Shown here in pieces: positions 55,485-64,000 of a DNA stretch of 64,000 nucleotides. Where the stretch lies: assembly GCA_964525295.1 (NCBI GenBank), contig CAZGEO010000002.1, positions 258,551-322,550 on the forward strand. Direction: 5' to 3'. The first letter of the stretch is position 1, and every line of letters begins with the position of its first letter. The position numbers and the translations under genes are program-made. The notes below the pieces were generated by a model. The model worked only from the letters and a program-made list of their open reading frames with translations. It ran no database searches and was not told where the DNA came from. Source of the DNA: an uncultured Candidatus Saccharibacteria bacterium. Lineage in GTDB: Bacteria; Patescibacteriota; Dojkabacteria; GCA-002793355.

Positions 55485-56453
55485 CTAAAGTAGGGAATTA
55501 AATAATTCAGGGTTATCTATTAAAGTCTTTATTCTTCTTAAGTAAACTTCTGATTCATTATAATCATCGGCCTGAATGACATTGTAGGCAAAGTAAAGGT
55601 AACACATAAAAAGTGTTGATTCCCAAAGCGATTTAGGCGAATAGGGCAATTCTTTTATCGAGCGATAACCTTCAATAATTTTTTTTGCAACGGAAAAATT
55701 CATATCAGCAGATCTAAACATGCCAAATTCTAATAATGCGACGGTCAACTCGATAATTGGATCTCCGATTGCCCAATCGTTAAAATCGAGAAGGTATATG
55801 CCGTCTGCTGAATCAATAAGATTCCAAGGCCAGATATCTTTGTGAAGAAATTGTTTTTTGGTTGAGTTATCAAGTTTCTTTATGACGTCGTCGATTAAGG
55901 GTAAATGATCTTCGTAGACAGCTAGGTCGAATTGATAATTTCTTCGTTTTATTTCATCGTATAAACCGGAATTAACATCATCGAATTCTTCGCGGAAATT
56001 TATGATAGGGAAGGCATTTACATTGATTTTCTGCGCAAACAACTCAACTTGAGCAACTATTTTACCAACTTCATACATTTTCTCGCCAGTGAACACGATT
56101 TTTTCAAATCCGATTCCTTCAATAAATTCTGAAGTAACGATCGTAAAACCCTTGTATTCTTGTAGTATCTTTTGGTCAAGACCGGTAATCAATGGGGGAA
56201 TTAATATACCAGATTTTTGAAAGATTTCGATCGCTTGAATTTCCTTCTCGATTTTTTCGCGATTAGATTGACCGTGACTGTAGACTTTGATCGCATAATC
56301 AAAATCAATTCCTTTGGCGCGGTAGTTGTTATTAGCAATACCACTAAGGTCAGAAATTTTTACATTATCAGTAGAATTACGATAAAAGCTTAATATTTCA
56401 AGTACTTCTGATTTTGAGAAATTTGCTTTTTTGAATTTCATGTGAGTGAGCAA
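55485..56453 (-). CDS. Aminoglycoside/choline-kinase-type phosphotransferase (APH family). The real start is probably the internal ATG, at about 56441.
   Basis: Brenner motif HKDIWPWN and DFND(W) catalytic and Mg-binding aspartates. The annotated start is TTG; TATAAT lies immediately upstream. Confidence 0.7.
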   Translation of the reverse strand: MLTHMKFKKANFSKSEVLEILSFYRNSTDNVKISDLSGIANNNYRAKGIDFDYAIKVYSHGQSNREKIEKEIQAIEIFQKSGILIPPLITGLDQKILQEYKGFTIVTSEFIEGIGFEKIVFTGEKMYEVGKIVAQVELFAQKINVNAFPIINFREEFDDVNSGLYDEIKRRNYQFDLAVYEDHLPLIDDVIKKLDNSTKKQFLHKDIWPWNLIDSADGIYLLDFNDWAIGDPIIELTVALLEFGMFRSADMNFSVAKKIIEGYRSIKELPYSPKSLWESTLFMCYLYFAYNVIQADDYNESEVYLRRIKTLIDNPELFNSLL

Positions 56454-56808
56454 TTATACCGCAGGCGAAATAACGTTGTCGAATTTGCAGAATTTCGGGT
56501 AATAATTGGAAATGGAGGGGAAAACTTGGTTGAAAGAGTTGGACAAACACAGGAACTTTTTCCATCTCAATCCTTTCGAAAGTATACGTATTCCACAGCT
56601 TTCTTTCAACGGGGTTGAGTATTTTGATCAAGACCCATTTTCTTGAAATCACCAATGTGGCGTACTAATAGCATATTTTAGGTTTTATGAGAAAAGATAA
56701 TCAAGAAAACAACGGATTATCAATACGTTTAGGGTGAAGACATAAAAATCTTTACGCCAAAATGCATAAGGATTCAAAGCGAGGGACATGGACATTTTAA
56801 GGAACAAC

Positions 56809-57366
56809 TTACTTCGTTTTTGATGACAACCAAATTGCGAGCTTTTCCCATTGCGAAGTGTCTGCATTTTCGTCAGCCATTGGTAAATTGAGTGCATCGC
56901 ATTCAGCATTAGTCTTTAAATCTTTTCTAAAAGAAACTATTCTGTCAATAATATTGCCTTCACCAGCTGGTTCATTTTTGATTATTCCAACTAACTTTCT
57001 TGTAAATATCTTTGTTTGCGCTGCATCCTTATAGCAAGCGTAATTTTGTAAAATAATCGACTTATCTGTTTTACTTTTCATTAAATTCATCAAATCCTCA
57101 AGTGTAAACCACTCCATAAGTGAATGCATATATGGTCCCGGAAATCCATTTAGTGCTGGAATACTCCAACCTGAATCCATAACTACAAGGGGTTCATTTA
57201 ATTGTGAAAATGCCTGATCTGCTTTGAAAAGGGCGATTTGTTGTGCGTCTTCACCTTGTGGCTCAACAAGTGAAAGCTTAACCTGTTCCGCAACAATGTT
57301 ATGCTTACTAAGGTAGTACATCGCTGCTTGGAATTTACCTTGGTTACCTGTAACGATTTTTAGCAT
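56809..57366 (-). CDS. Ham1/RdgB-family non-canonical purine NTP pyrophosphatase
   Basis: TGNQGK N-terminus and DSGWSIPALNGFPGPY motif. Confidence 0.75.
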   Translation of the reverse strand: MLKIVTGNQGKFQAAMYYLSKHNIVAEQVKLSLVEPQGEDAQQIALFKADQAFSQLNEPLVVMDSGWSIPALNGFPGPYMHSLMEWFTLEDLMNLMKSKTDKSIILQNYACYKDAAQTKIFTRKLVGIIKNEPAGEGNIIDRIVSFRKDLKTNAECDALNLPMADENADTSQWEKLAIWLSSKTK

Positions 57367-57588
57367 TTCTATTTAAGGATTATTTATTTTTGATCGAACT
57401 AACCTAACCTTTTTCAACAATATGTATTGAATGTCTTCGAATCAAATGATTATATTGTATAGTCAACTGTATATTCTGTACAGGTTGTTCTTTAAAATTA
57501 TTCAACTAAAATTTGTACTGATCAATATATAGGGAATGGTGTATATATGAGCTTTTTGAGATTTTTGATTGTATAGTTGACTATAAAG

Positions 57589-57662
57589 TGGTTGCGGGAC
57601 CTGGATTCGAACCAAGACTCACGGCTTCAAAGGCCGCTGTCCTACCATTAGACGATCCCGCA
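57589..57662 (-). tRNA. tRNA-Gln (anticodon TTG), CCA encoded
   Basis: Manual cloverleaf from the reverse complement: acceptor tgcggga/tcccgca, anticodon loop ctTTGaa, T-arm cttgg-ttcgaat-ccagg, 3' ACCA. Confidence 0.85.
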
Positions 57663-57753
57663 GCAAGTGAATTGTAACATTAACTAGGAACGAACTGCAA
57701 GATATTAAATTTAGTAGTTCACTCGAAGAAATAATGAGAAAGCAAACTGGGGG

Positions 57754-59082
57754 TTAGCAAGTCTTTACGAAAGCGTCTTTTCCAAACAATTTCCAACGAA
57801 GCCACATTAATTTCGAGAAAACGTTGAGATTGTTACCAGTATTATTCCTCCATTGTTCGGCAATTCGAATGACCGCAGGTGACGCTGCTTTTGTTTTTGG
57901 CAGTTCTACAATACTATCAGGTAAGCTGACGGGTTTACTGTTGTAGATCAATTCCTGAACCGGACCTTTTTTAAGTAGATTTAACGCAACGTAAACGATT
58001 GCTGGGTGTAAATGTCCTTTTCGAACACCATCCATAAGTATTGCTGAAATTTCGTTGATGTCGATACGTTCCTTGCGATAAATTCTATCTTCAGCAAGAG
58101 CAGCAATTTTGTCGATTACTGAGTAAATCAATGCATCAAATGGGATTTCTGTTCCAAATAGAGCATTGGGGTAACCTGTTCCATCAATATTTTCGTGATG
58201 AGCTCCTGCAGTTTTACTATATTTTCTTAAACTAGGAAATGATTGCAATATCATTGAGGTGAAGTTCGCATGTTTTTGCATTTCAATATACTCACCATGA
58301 TTTAATCGTGCTGGCTTTTTTAAAATTTTTTCATCGATTTCAATTTTTCCTACATCATGAAGCACCGCACCTTTTCTAAGCTGTCGTAATGCTTCTCCAG
58401 AATAACCAAATTTCTGTCCAATAAGTGTTGCTAGACTCCCCATTATGTGTGAATGATTAACGGTTTCAATATCTCGCTCTGCAAGCGTAGTTAATAAGGC
58501 ATTCGTGGCAGCATCTTCACATTGAATTTCTATGTATTTTCTTCTCTCAGCAGACAATTCTTCGTATTGCTGACCATTTAGTAGCGTTAATAATGTCACT
58601 CTTTCTGCAATTTGCGCATTTCTAATGCCCAAAAAACGGGTTAACCATGATTGATATTCGGTGGTAATTCCTCGATCAATTCCTACTGTGCAGATCCCTT
58701 TGTAAGTGCCATTGATTGGAAAAACATAACAGTACACTCCATTCACAATCGATAATTCAGCAGGATTTGCAAATGCAGCAGCGTAACGCTGTTGTACACT
58801 ATTTTCAACTGACACGGCTGAATTCGTATTTCTTTTGATTGGATCTCGATAGACACTTCTAAAGATTACCCTATCATAGGTACTTGAAGCATTACCGGCA
58901 ATTGTTTCAAACTTTCCGGTGACAGTATTTTGAATGCCAATAAATACTGAAGTACGAACCCCTAAATTTGTTGAAATTTCTCTCTGAATGCTTAGTGCTT
59001 CAGCTTCAATACTTTGTTTGTTATCGTGATTGACTCGAGTTGTTTCTAGTGCTGCCAATGTAGGCGACGAATTCCGAGGCAT
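57754..59082 (-). CDS. HD-GYP phosphodiesterase with an N-terminal sensor (GAF-like) domain
   Basis: HDVGK and GAHHENIDGTGYP HD-GYP signatures. About 200-aa N-terminal domain. Confidence 0.75.
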   Translation of the reverse strand: MPRNSSPTLAALETTRVNHDNKQSIEAEALSIQREISTNLGVRTSVFIGIQNTVTGKFETIAGNASSTYDRVIFRSVYRDPIKRNTNSAVSVENSVQQRYAAAFANPAELSIVNGVYCYVFPINGTYKGICTVGIDRGITTEYQSWLTRFLGIRNAQIAERVTLLTLLNGQQYEELSAERRKYIEIQCEDAATNALLTTLAERDIETVNHSHIMGSLATLIGQKFGYSGEALRQLRKGAVLHDVGKIEIDEKILKKPARLNHGEYIEMQKHANFTSMILQSFPSLRKYSKTAGAHHENIDGTGYPNALFGTEIPFDALIYSVIDKIAALAEDRIYRKERIDINEISAILMDGVRKGHLHPAIVYVALNLLKKGPVQELIYNSKPVSLPDSIVELPKTKAASPAVIRIAEQWRNNTGNNLNVFSKLMWLRWKLFGKDAFVKTC

Positions 59083-59256
59083 AGACAGAATTATATCATT
59101 TAGATGATGCTGGTGGAAATAAAATATACTAAAGTGAAAGTGGGCTGACGGGGTGGGGAGTGGGCTGTAACTTCTTGATTAACCATGCTCCTTCACGTAT
59201 ACTGTTATATTGTCGCAATACATGATTGCGGTGAAAATAAAATAGAAAGACGCCCT

Positions 59257-60279
59257 ATGGCACTGCCTCAGCATTTCGCCATTGATTTTGGAACTCACTC
59301 AATTAAGCTCGTTAATCTGGTTAAGCGAGGTAAATCGATCGAACTTAGAAATATTGGATCAGCTCAAACTCCTCCAGAAGTTCTAAATAGTTATAAAGAA
59401 GAACATAAAACACAGCTAATTGATGCAATCAAAGGTTTAGTTGCAGAATCTCGTGTTCCAGAGAAAGAAGTTGCTATTGCATTGCCAGAAAGTGCAGTTT
59501 TCAGTCGTGTTCTGACGATTCCGAAAGTTAGTGACGAAGAGTTAACAGATGCCGTTTATTGGCAATTAAAACAATATCTTCCGTATCCAGTCGAAGATGT
59601 GCAAAGTGATTTCACCTCGCTAACAGTTGATCCAAGTGGTCAACGAAAAGTTTTAGCTGTAGCTGCCCCAAAGAAATTGGTTGATTTATACGTTGAACTT
59701 CTTGAAAGAGCGGGGCTCATAACAGTAGCAATCGAATCAGAAACACTAGCTATTTTACGATCACTGAAACTCGCGCACGAAGTTTCTGATGCAATTGTTC
59801 TTGATTTCGGCTCAAATACTACAGATATGGCAATAATGAAAGAAGGAGAACTATATTTCTCTCAAAGCATTGCAACAGGAGGTGATTTGTTGACGAAAGC
59901 ACTAGTCAACGAATTCCAACTTTCATTTGCTCAAGCAGAAGAGTATAAGAGAATTTATGGCATGCGATCAGATGCGGTAGAGGGCAAAATTCGTAATGCA
60001 ATGAAGCCAATACTTGACATGATTATCACCGAAGTTTTGCGTGGTATCGAATTTTATAAAACAGAAGTTGGTGCTGTTCCTCCAAATACTGTCTTGATGG
60101 CTGGCGAAGCTGCTTTACTTCCTGCATTACCAGAATATTTGAATGCGATTCTTGGATACGATGTACGCGTTGCAGATCCATGGAGGCCAATCGTAGTACC
60201 AAATAACGTTGCAGAGATCGTTCGAAAAAGCAGTCCCGCGTTTGCGACTTCAATTGGTTTATGTTTGAAAGAAGATTAG
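59257..60279 (+). CDS. pilM: Type IV pilus assembly ATPase-like protein PilM
   Basis: Actin-like fold. N-terminus ALPQHFAIDFGTHSIKLV. The track ORF starts at 59185; the conserved N-terminus begins at the internal Met. Confidence 0.8.
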   Translation: MALPQHFAIDFGTHSIKLVNLVKRGKSIELRNIGSAQTPPEVLNSYKEEHKTQLIDAIKGLVAESRVPEKEVAIALPESAVFSRVLTIPKVSDEELTDAVYWQLKQYLPYPVEDVQSDFTSLTVDPSGQRKVLAVAAPKKLVDLYVELLERAGLITVAIESETLAILRSLKLAHEVSDAIVLDFGSNTTDMAIMKEGELYFSQSIATGGDLLTKALVNEFQLSFAQAEEYKRIYGMRSDAVEGKIRNAMKPILDMIITEVLRGIEFYKTEVGAVPPNTVLMAGEAALLPALPEYLNAILGYDVRVADPWRPIVVPNNVAEIVRKSSPAFATSIGLCLKED

Positions 60280-60280
60280 T

Positions 60281-60850
60281 ATGGGAGTAAATCTACTGCC
60301 ACAAGCTAGCGAACACGATTACAAAAAGGCAGACAATTCGCTGCGTAGTTTAGTAATGATTGTTGTTTGGCTTGGTATTCTCGCCATGATATTTGTAATG
60401 CTATTCTTTAATCAGGCAGTACAAAGCGGAAAATTAAAAGAAGCTGAAGCTCGTCGAACCAATTTACTTACAAAAATCGGTAATCTTGGAACATTTCATG
60501 ACGAATACTACACGTTGGCCTATAAAACCGTAATTCTTTCGAGAATTAAAACTGAACAGTATATACCCAGCGTTATTGGTGATTATGTAAAAGAAAAGGT
60601 TGCGTCAAAAGCTACGGTACAGCAATATTATTTTGATGCGAATGGCGAAATTCGCTTATCAATTGAAGCTCCAACATTTAATAGTGCGTTGTTGATTTGG
60701 CATGATTTGTTAAAAGACAAAACTGTTATGCAAGAATTGAACCTAACCTCTTTTGGTCAAGACTCAGAAGGAAAAGTAGCCTTTCAATTGAAAGGAGTGT
60801 TGAATCTAAATGAACTTTACGAACGAAATGTCGACGGTGCTACCAACTAA
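60281..60850 (+). CDS. pilN: Type IV pilus assembly protein PilN
   Basis: NLLPQ N-terminal motif plus a single TM. Confidence 0.7.
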   Translation: MGVNLLPQASEHDYKKADNSLRSLVMIVVWLGILAMIFVMLFFNQAVQSGKLKEAEARRTNLLTKIGNLGTFHDEYYTLAYKTVILSRIKTEQYIPSVIGDYVKEKVASKATVQQYYFDANGEIRLSIEAPTFNSALLIWHDLLKDKTVMQELNLTSFGQDSEGKVAFQLKGVLNLNELYERNVDGATN

Positions 60851-61622
60851 TACACAACAACAGAATGCTAAAACGATTGCTTATGTTCAGCAACGAAAAG
60901 GCAGTAATAAGGTATATGTGCAAGGAATAGTCGCGGTAATTGTATTCGTAATTTCGTTGATAGTAGCAATTTTTATATTTGTTCCCTACATACAAAAAAC
61001 TGCAGAAATATCGAAAAAGGTTGAAGCGGTTGAGTCTGATATTACGGCACTAGAAAAGAAGTATAAAGAAATTAATGGTTATGATCGCGATGAGCTGGCT
61101 GCGCAGTTGAAGCTGGTTAGTTACTACATTCCAGATACTATCCGTGTTGCAAATTTAGCAACGTTTATTAATGCAAACGCAACTAAATATGAATTAGCTG
61201 TAGCTCGTCTAGGCATTAATGAAGACGTCGCTGAGATAAAAGCATCAGTTGACGAGGCAGAAAAATCAAGATTACTTGGTAGTTTGAAAAGTGAGAAAGA
61301 AATATTTCTCGGGCGAGTTGAGGGTCCCTTTAGTTTTAGCGGTTCGCGTGATGCAATATTTGATTTTCTCGATTTTCTCGTTTTAGGTGGTTATGCAACA
61401 AATTTTGATCAAGTAAGTATTGTTGGTGCCGGTAAAGATTCCTGGACAGTAAACTTTTTCGCAGTATATTACTACTTAGAACCATTAACAGAAGTCGAAG
61501 CCGGAAGGCAATTGGTTCCGATTCAAAAAGAATTGATTTCAAATTTAACAATTCCGGTAATTTCAACTCCTTCGGTTACGCCCTCGCCTTCAGTTAGCGT
61601 GACGCCGACAGTATCGCAATAG
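60810..61622 (+). CDS. pilO: PilO-like type IV pilus assembly protein (Ser/Thr/Pro-rich C-terminus)
   Basis: Single TM plus coiled-coil. Position after pilN. No diagnostic motif. Confidence 0.55.
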   Translation: MNFTNEMSTVLPTNTQQQNAKTIAYVQQRKGSNKVYVQGIVAVIVFVISLIVAIFIFVPYIQKTAEISKKVEAVESDITALEKKYKEINGYDRDELAAQLKLVSYYIPDTIRVANLATFINANATKYELAVARLGINEDVAEIKASVDEAEKSRLLGSLKSEKEIFLGRVEGPFSFSGSRDAIFDFLDFLVLGGYATNFDQVSIVGAGKDSWTVNFFAVYYYLEPLTEVEAGRQLVPIQKELISNLTIPVISTPSVTPSPSVSVTPTVSQ

Positions 61623-61682
61623 GATCTTTACTTGAGAAGAGATATTTGCATTGTATTAATTCATCGATTATAATTACGAGAT

Positions 61683-61755
61683 GCCAAGGTAGCTCAGTCG
61701 GTAGAGCATGCGCCTGAAGAGCGCGTGGTCGTCAGTTCGATTCTGACCCTTGGCA
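61683..61755 (+). tRNA. tRNA-Phe (anticodon GAA), CCA not encoded
   Basis: Manual cloverleaf: acceptor gccaagg/ccttggc, D-arm gctc-agtcggta-gagc, anticodon loop ctGAAga, T-arm gtcag-ttcgatt-ctgac. Confidence 0.9.
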
Positions 61756-61791
61756 TTTTTTACGACTATTCCAAATATAGTATGATTAAGA

Positions 61792-62490
61792 ATGAAGAGT
61801 AAGTTGATTATTTTCGGAGTCGTATTTGCCGTTGTTTTGTCATTTTCTCTGTACGTATACTGGGGAACAAGAGTAACTTCAATTGAGTTTAATCCTAATA
61901 ATTCATTAGATTCTGCCATTGATCAGGCAGTACCGCTATGTGTTGGTTCAGTAAGCAATCAATCATTTTTCTCACTAGATGAAAAAAGTATTGAAAAGAA
62001 AGTCATTGATTGTGATCCAAGAATTACAACTGCAAACGTGCAAACAAGTTTTCCTCAGAAGGTAGTAATTTCATATAAAGTTATTGAACCCGTACTTCGT
62101 CTTAATCAAAATTCAGATGAATCTTGCCTCGTAGTTGAGTCTTTTGCAGTTATGAAATCATTAGCAAAAGAATATTGTTTACTTCTTCGCATTCCAGAAA
62201 TTACAGGAGCAGTTAAAGCTGATAATCCGTTTATGTTGTCGTATGTCGTAGAACTGGTTAGTAAATTACGAACAAAAGAAATTATGACTGAAAAAGTGAC
62301 TGTACAAAGTGATGGGTATTCGTCATATTATGAAATAGATTTAGCAACAAAAAAGAAGATTCTTGTGCCTGATGGCGCAAACATTGATAGTAAAATACTC
62401 GTCATTTATGAATCATTGAAAGGCCTAGAACAATCAAAAGAAGGCTATTCGGTTGTTGATTTCAGAATTGACACCGTAATTTATAGGTGA
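61792..62490 (+). CDS. ftsQ: FtsQ/DivIB-like cell-division protein
   Basis: N-terminal TM plus a POTRA-like region. Immediately upstream of ftsA-ftsZ. Confidence 0.55.
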   Translation: MKSKLIIFGVVFAVVLSFSLYVYWGTRVTSIEFNPNNSLDSAIDQAVPLCVGSVSNQSFFSLDEKSIEKKVIDCDPRITTANVQTSFPQKVVISYKVIEPVLRLNQNSDESCLVVESFAVMKSLAKEYCLLLRIPEITGAVKADNPFMLSYVVELVSKLRTKEIMTEKVTVQSDGYSSYYEIDLATKKKILVPDGANIDSKILVIYESLKGLEQSKEGYSVVDFRIDTVIYR

Positions 62491-62539
62491 TAAAGTGTTG
62501 GTAGATTCGAATAGACGATTAATTGATTAAACAATTGAT

Positions 62540-63826
62540 ATGGGCAAGAGAGTTATTGGGGCGATTGATATTGGTTCTGCGAAAATTACTGCGGTAATTG
62601 CAACAGCAGAAGACATTGGTGATCCAAAAGTTATTGGTGTTGCTAGCGTAGCAGCAAAAGGTATAAAAAAAGGTCTTGTTATAAACATTGATGAAGCGGT
62701 CAACAGTATCGCACAGGCATTAAGTGCTGCCGAAAGAATGGCAGATGTTACTATCGGTAGTGTCGTAGTTTCTGTGAGTGGTAAAGCTATTACAAGTAAG
62801 AATAACAAAGCTGCCATTGCTATTACCCATGATGAGATTACTCCAGATGATTTCCTTCGTGCAATAGATGCAGCAAAGACAATCCCAGTTCCCCAAGGTT
62901 ATGAAATTCTCCATATTATTCCTCGTGAATGTACTGTTGACGCAGTTTCCGGAATTAAATATCCAATAGGAATGAGTGGAACTCGTCTCGAAGTTGATTG
63001 CCACATTGTTTTGGCACCATCGAGTATTACTAAGAATCTTGCAAAGTGTGTACAAAAACTAGGCATCTCCGTTGAGTCATTTGTCTTTACAGGCTGGGCA
63101 GATGCATATTCGGTATTAACAGATACTGAAAAAGAACTAGGTGTTACCTTGATTGATATTGGCTCAGGAACTACTGATGTTATTGTGTTCCAAGAAGGTG
63201 GTGTCGTGTACAGCGGTTCATTACCGGTAGGTGGAGCGAATATGACAATTGATTTAGCAGCAGGCTTAAGCCTTTCTTCACTCGAAGATGCTGAGAAAAT
63301 AAAGATGAATTTCAGAGAAATTGTTGAAACCAAGACGGCGGTTGCTGATACGAAAGAATCTGCAAAAGATAAAAAAGCAAAAGACGATGCTCCAGTTAAC
63401 GACGATGTTGATATAAGAGCATTAAATATTCAAGGTGTTGAAAAAGTTTCGAAAGGTTTCGTTGAAAAGATTATTAAAGCCAGATTAGAAGAGATTCTAG
63501 AATTGACTAAACAAGATGTAAATCGTGCCGGATTTGATATAAAGATGCCCGCAGGAATTGTTCTTCTTGGTGGTGCTGCAAAACTTCCTAAAATCGCAAG
63601 TATGGTTAAAGAATACATCGGAACTACTGCGCGAGTTGGCATGCCACACGGCTTAGAAGGTATGATCGAAGAGATTACTGGTCCAGAATATGCAACAATT
63701 CAAGGTTTAGTTTTGTTTGCTGCAGGCAACCCTGAAGAGGTTACTTCAGCAGGCGGTGAAAACGAAGGGTTTGTAAATTCAATCACTTCGAAAGTTAAAT
63801 CTATCTTTAAGTCATTATTCCCATAA
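62540..63826 (+). CDS. ftsA: Cell-division protein FtsA
   Basis: Actin-like ATPase motifs (IGAIDIGSAKI, DIGSGTTD, GGAAKLP). Confidence 0.9.
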   Translation: MGKRVIGAIDIGSAKITAVIATAEDIGDPKVIGVASVAAKGIKKGLVINIDEAVNSIAQALSAAERMADVTIGSVVVSVSGKAITSKNNKAAIAITHDEITPDDFLRAIDAAKTIPVPQGYEILHIIPRECTVDAVSGIKYPIGMSGTRLEVDCHIVLAPSSITKNLAKCVQKLGISVESFVFTGWADAYSVLTDTEKELGVTLIDIGSGTTDVIVFQEGGVVYSGSLPVGGANMTIDLAAGLSLSSLEDAEKIKMNFREIVETKTAVADTKESAKDKKAKDDAPVNDDVDIRALNIQGVEKVSKGFVEKIIKARLEEILELTKQDVNRAGFDIKMPAGIVLLGGAAKLPKIASMVKEYIGTTARVGMPHGLEGMIEEITGPEYATIQGLVLFAAGNPEEVTSAGGENEGFVNSITSKVKSIFKSLFP

Positions 63827-63829
63827 GCT

Positions 63830-64000
63830 ATGCTCGTCCAACCAACAACAAATATCGCTGCAAATATTAAAGTAATCGGTGTCGGTGGTGGTGGCTGTAA
63901 CGACGTCAACACAATGATTGCAGACTACAACATCGATGGTGTTGAATTTATTGCAGTAAACACCGATGCGCAGGTTCTTAAAAATTCACGCGCAAGTGTT
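63830..64000 (+). CDS. ftsZ: Cell-division GTPase FtsZ (5' part only; runs off the window)
   Basis: [12 protein letters not shown] tubulin-type N-terminus, starting 3 nt after the ftsA stop. Confidence 0.85.
   Translation, partial: MLVQPTTNIAANIKVIGVGGGGCNDVNTMIADYNIDGVEFIAVNTDAQVLKNSRASV

Noticed and set aside
56398-56909. Track ORFs 56398..56655 and 56685..56909 in the long gap
   Set aside because: They overlap the starts or ends of well-supported flanking genes in other frames and have no protein-like features. The region is treated as noncoding.
61674-61919. 81-aa minus-strand ORF overlapping tRNA-Phe and the ftsQ start
   Set aside because: Overlaps a clear tRNA and a conserved gene start. 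Spurious.
1-64000. CRISPR arrays, rRNA genes, IS elements and transposases
   Set aside because: No regularly spaced repeats, no rRNA-like conserved stretches, and no transposase or integrase motifs were found in any frame.

Overview
This is a gene-dense, AT-rich window with short or absent intergenic spacers, most consistent with a small-genome monoderm bacterium of the CPR/Patescibacteria type. That phylum assignment is an inference. It rests on a sortase, PilMNO without a secretin, a cut-down dcw cluster, few Shine-Dalgarno sites and many apparently leaderless genes.

The core content is housekeeping:
- tig and clpP.
- The thrS-infC-rpmI-rplT-pheS-pheT operon.
- A class A PBP, recG, and a SpoU methyltransferase.
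- mraZ-rsmH-ftsL-ftsI-mraY.
- yebC-ruvC, a DEAD-box helicase, murD, sufC-sufBD, obg, pilMNO and ftsQ-ftsA-ftsZ (ftsZ truncated at the window edge).
- Three tRNAs, which I derived myself: Arg-CCT, Gln-TTG and Phe-GAA.

Non-core, more interesting items:
1. A sortase with a divergent candidate substrate surface protein.
2. An att-like 25-nt duplication of the tRNA-Arg 3' end, 229 bp downstream, bracketing a hairpin-rich noncoding segment.
3. A T4SS-type (VirB4/VirD4-like) membrane ATPase and a LytR_C protein sitting where mur/ftsW genes normally follow mraY. A convergent two-gene hypothetical membrane operon with a textbook promoter is adjacent.
4. An enlarged QueC-like PP-loop enzyme co-transcribed with murD.
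5. An orphan GAF-HD-GYP phosphodiesterase divergent from pilMNO, with a G-quadruplex motif in the shared intergenic region.
6. A class II photolyase.
7. A minus-strand block of small-molecule-modifying enzymes (APH-like kinase, Gfo/Idh/MocA, hydrolases).
8. A 308-aa unknown protein.

All functional calls rest on motifs I could read in the supplied translations. No database search was possible.
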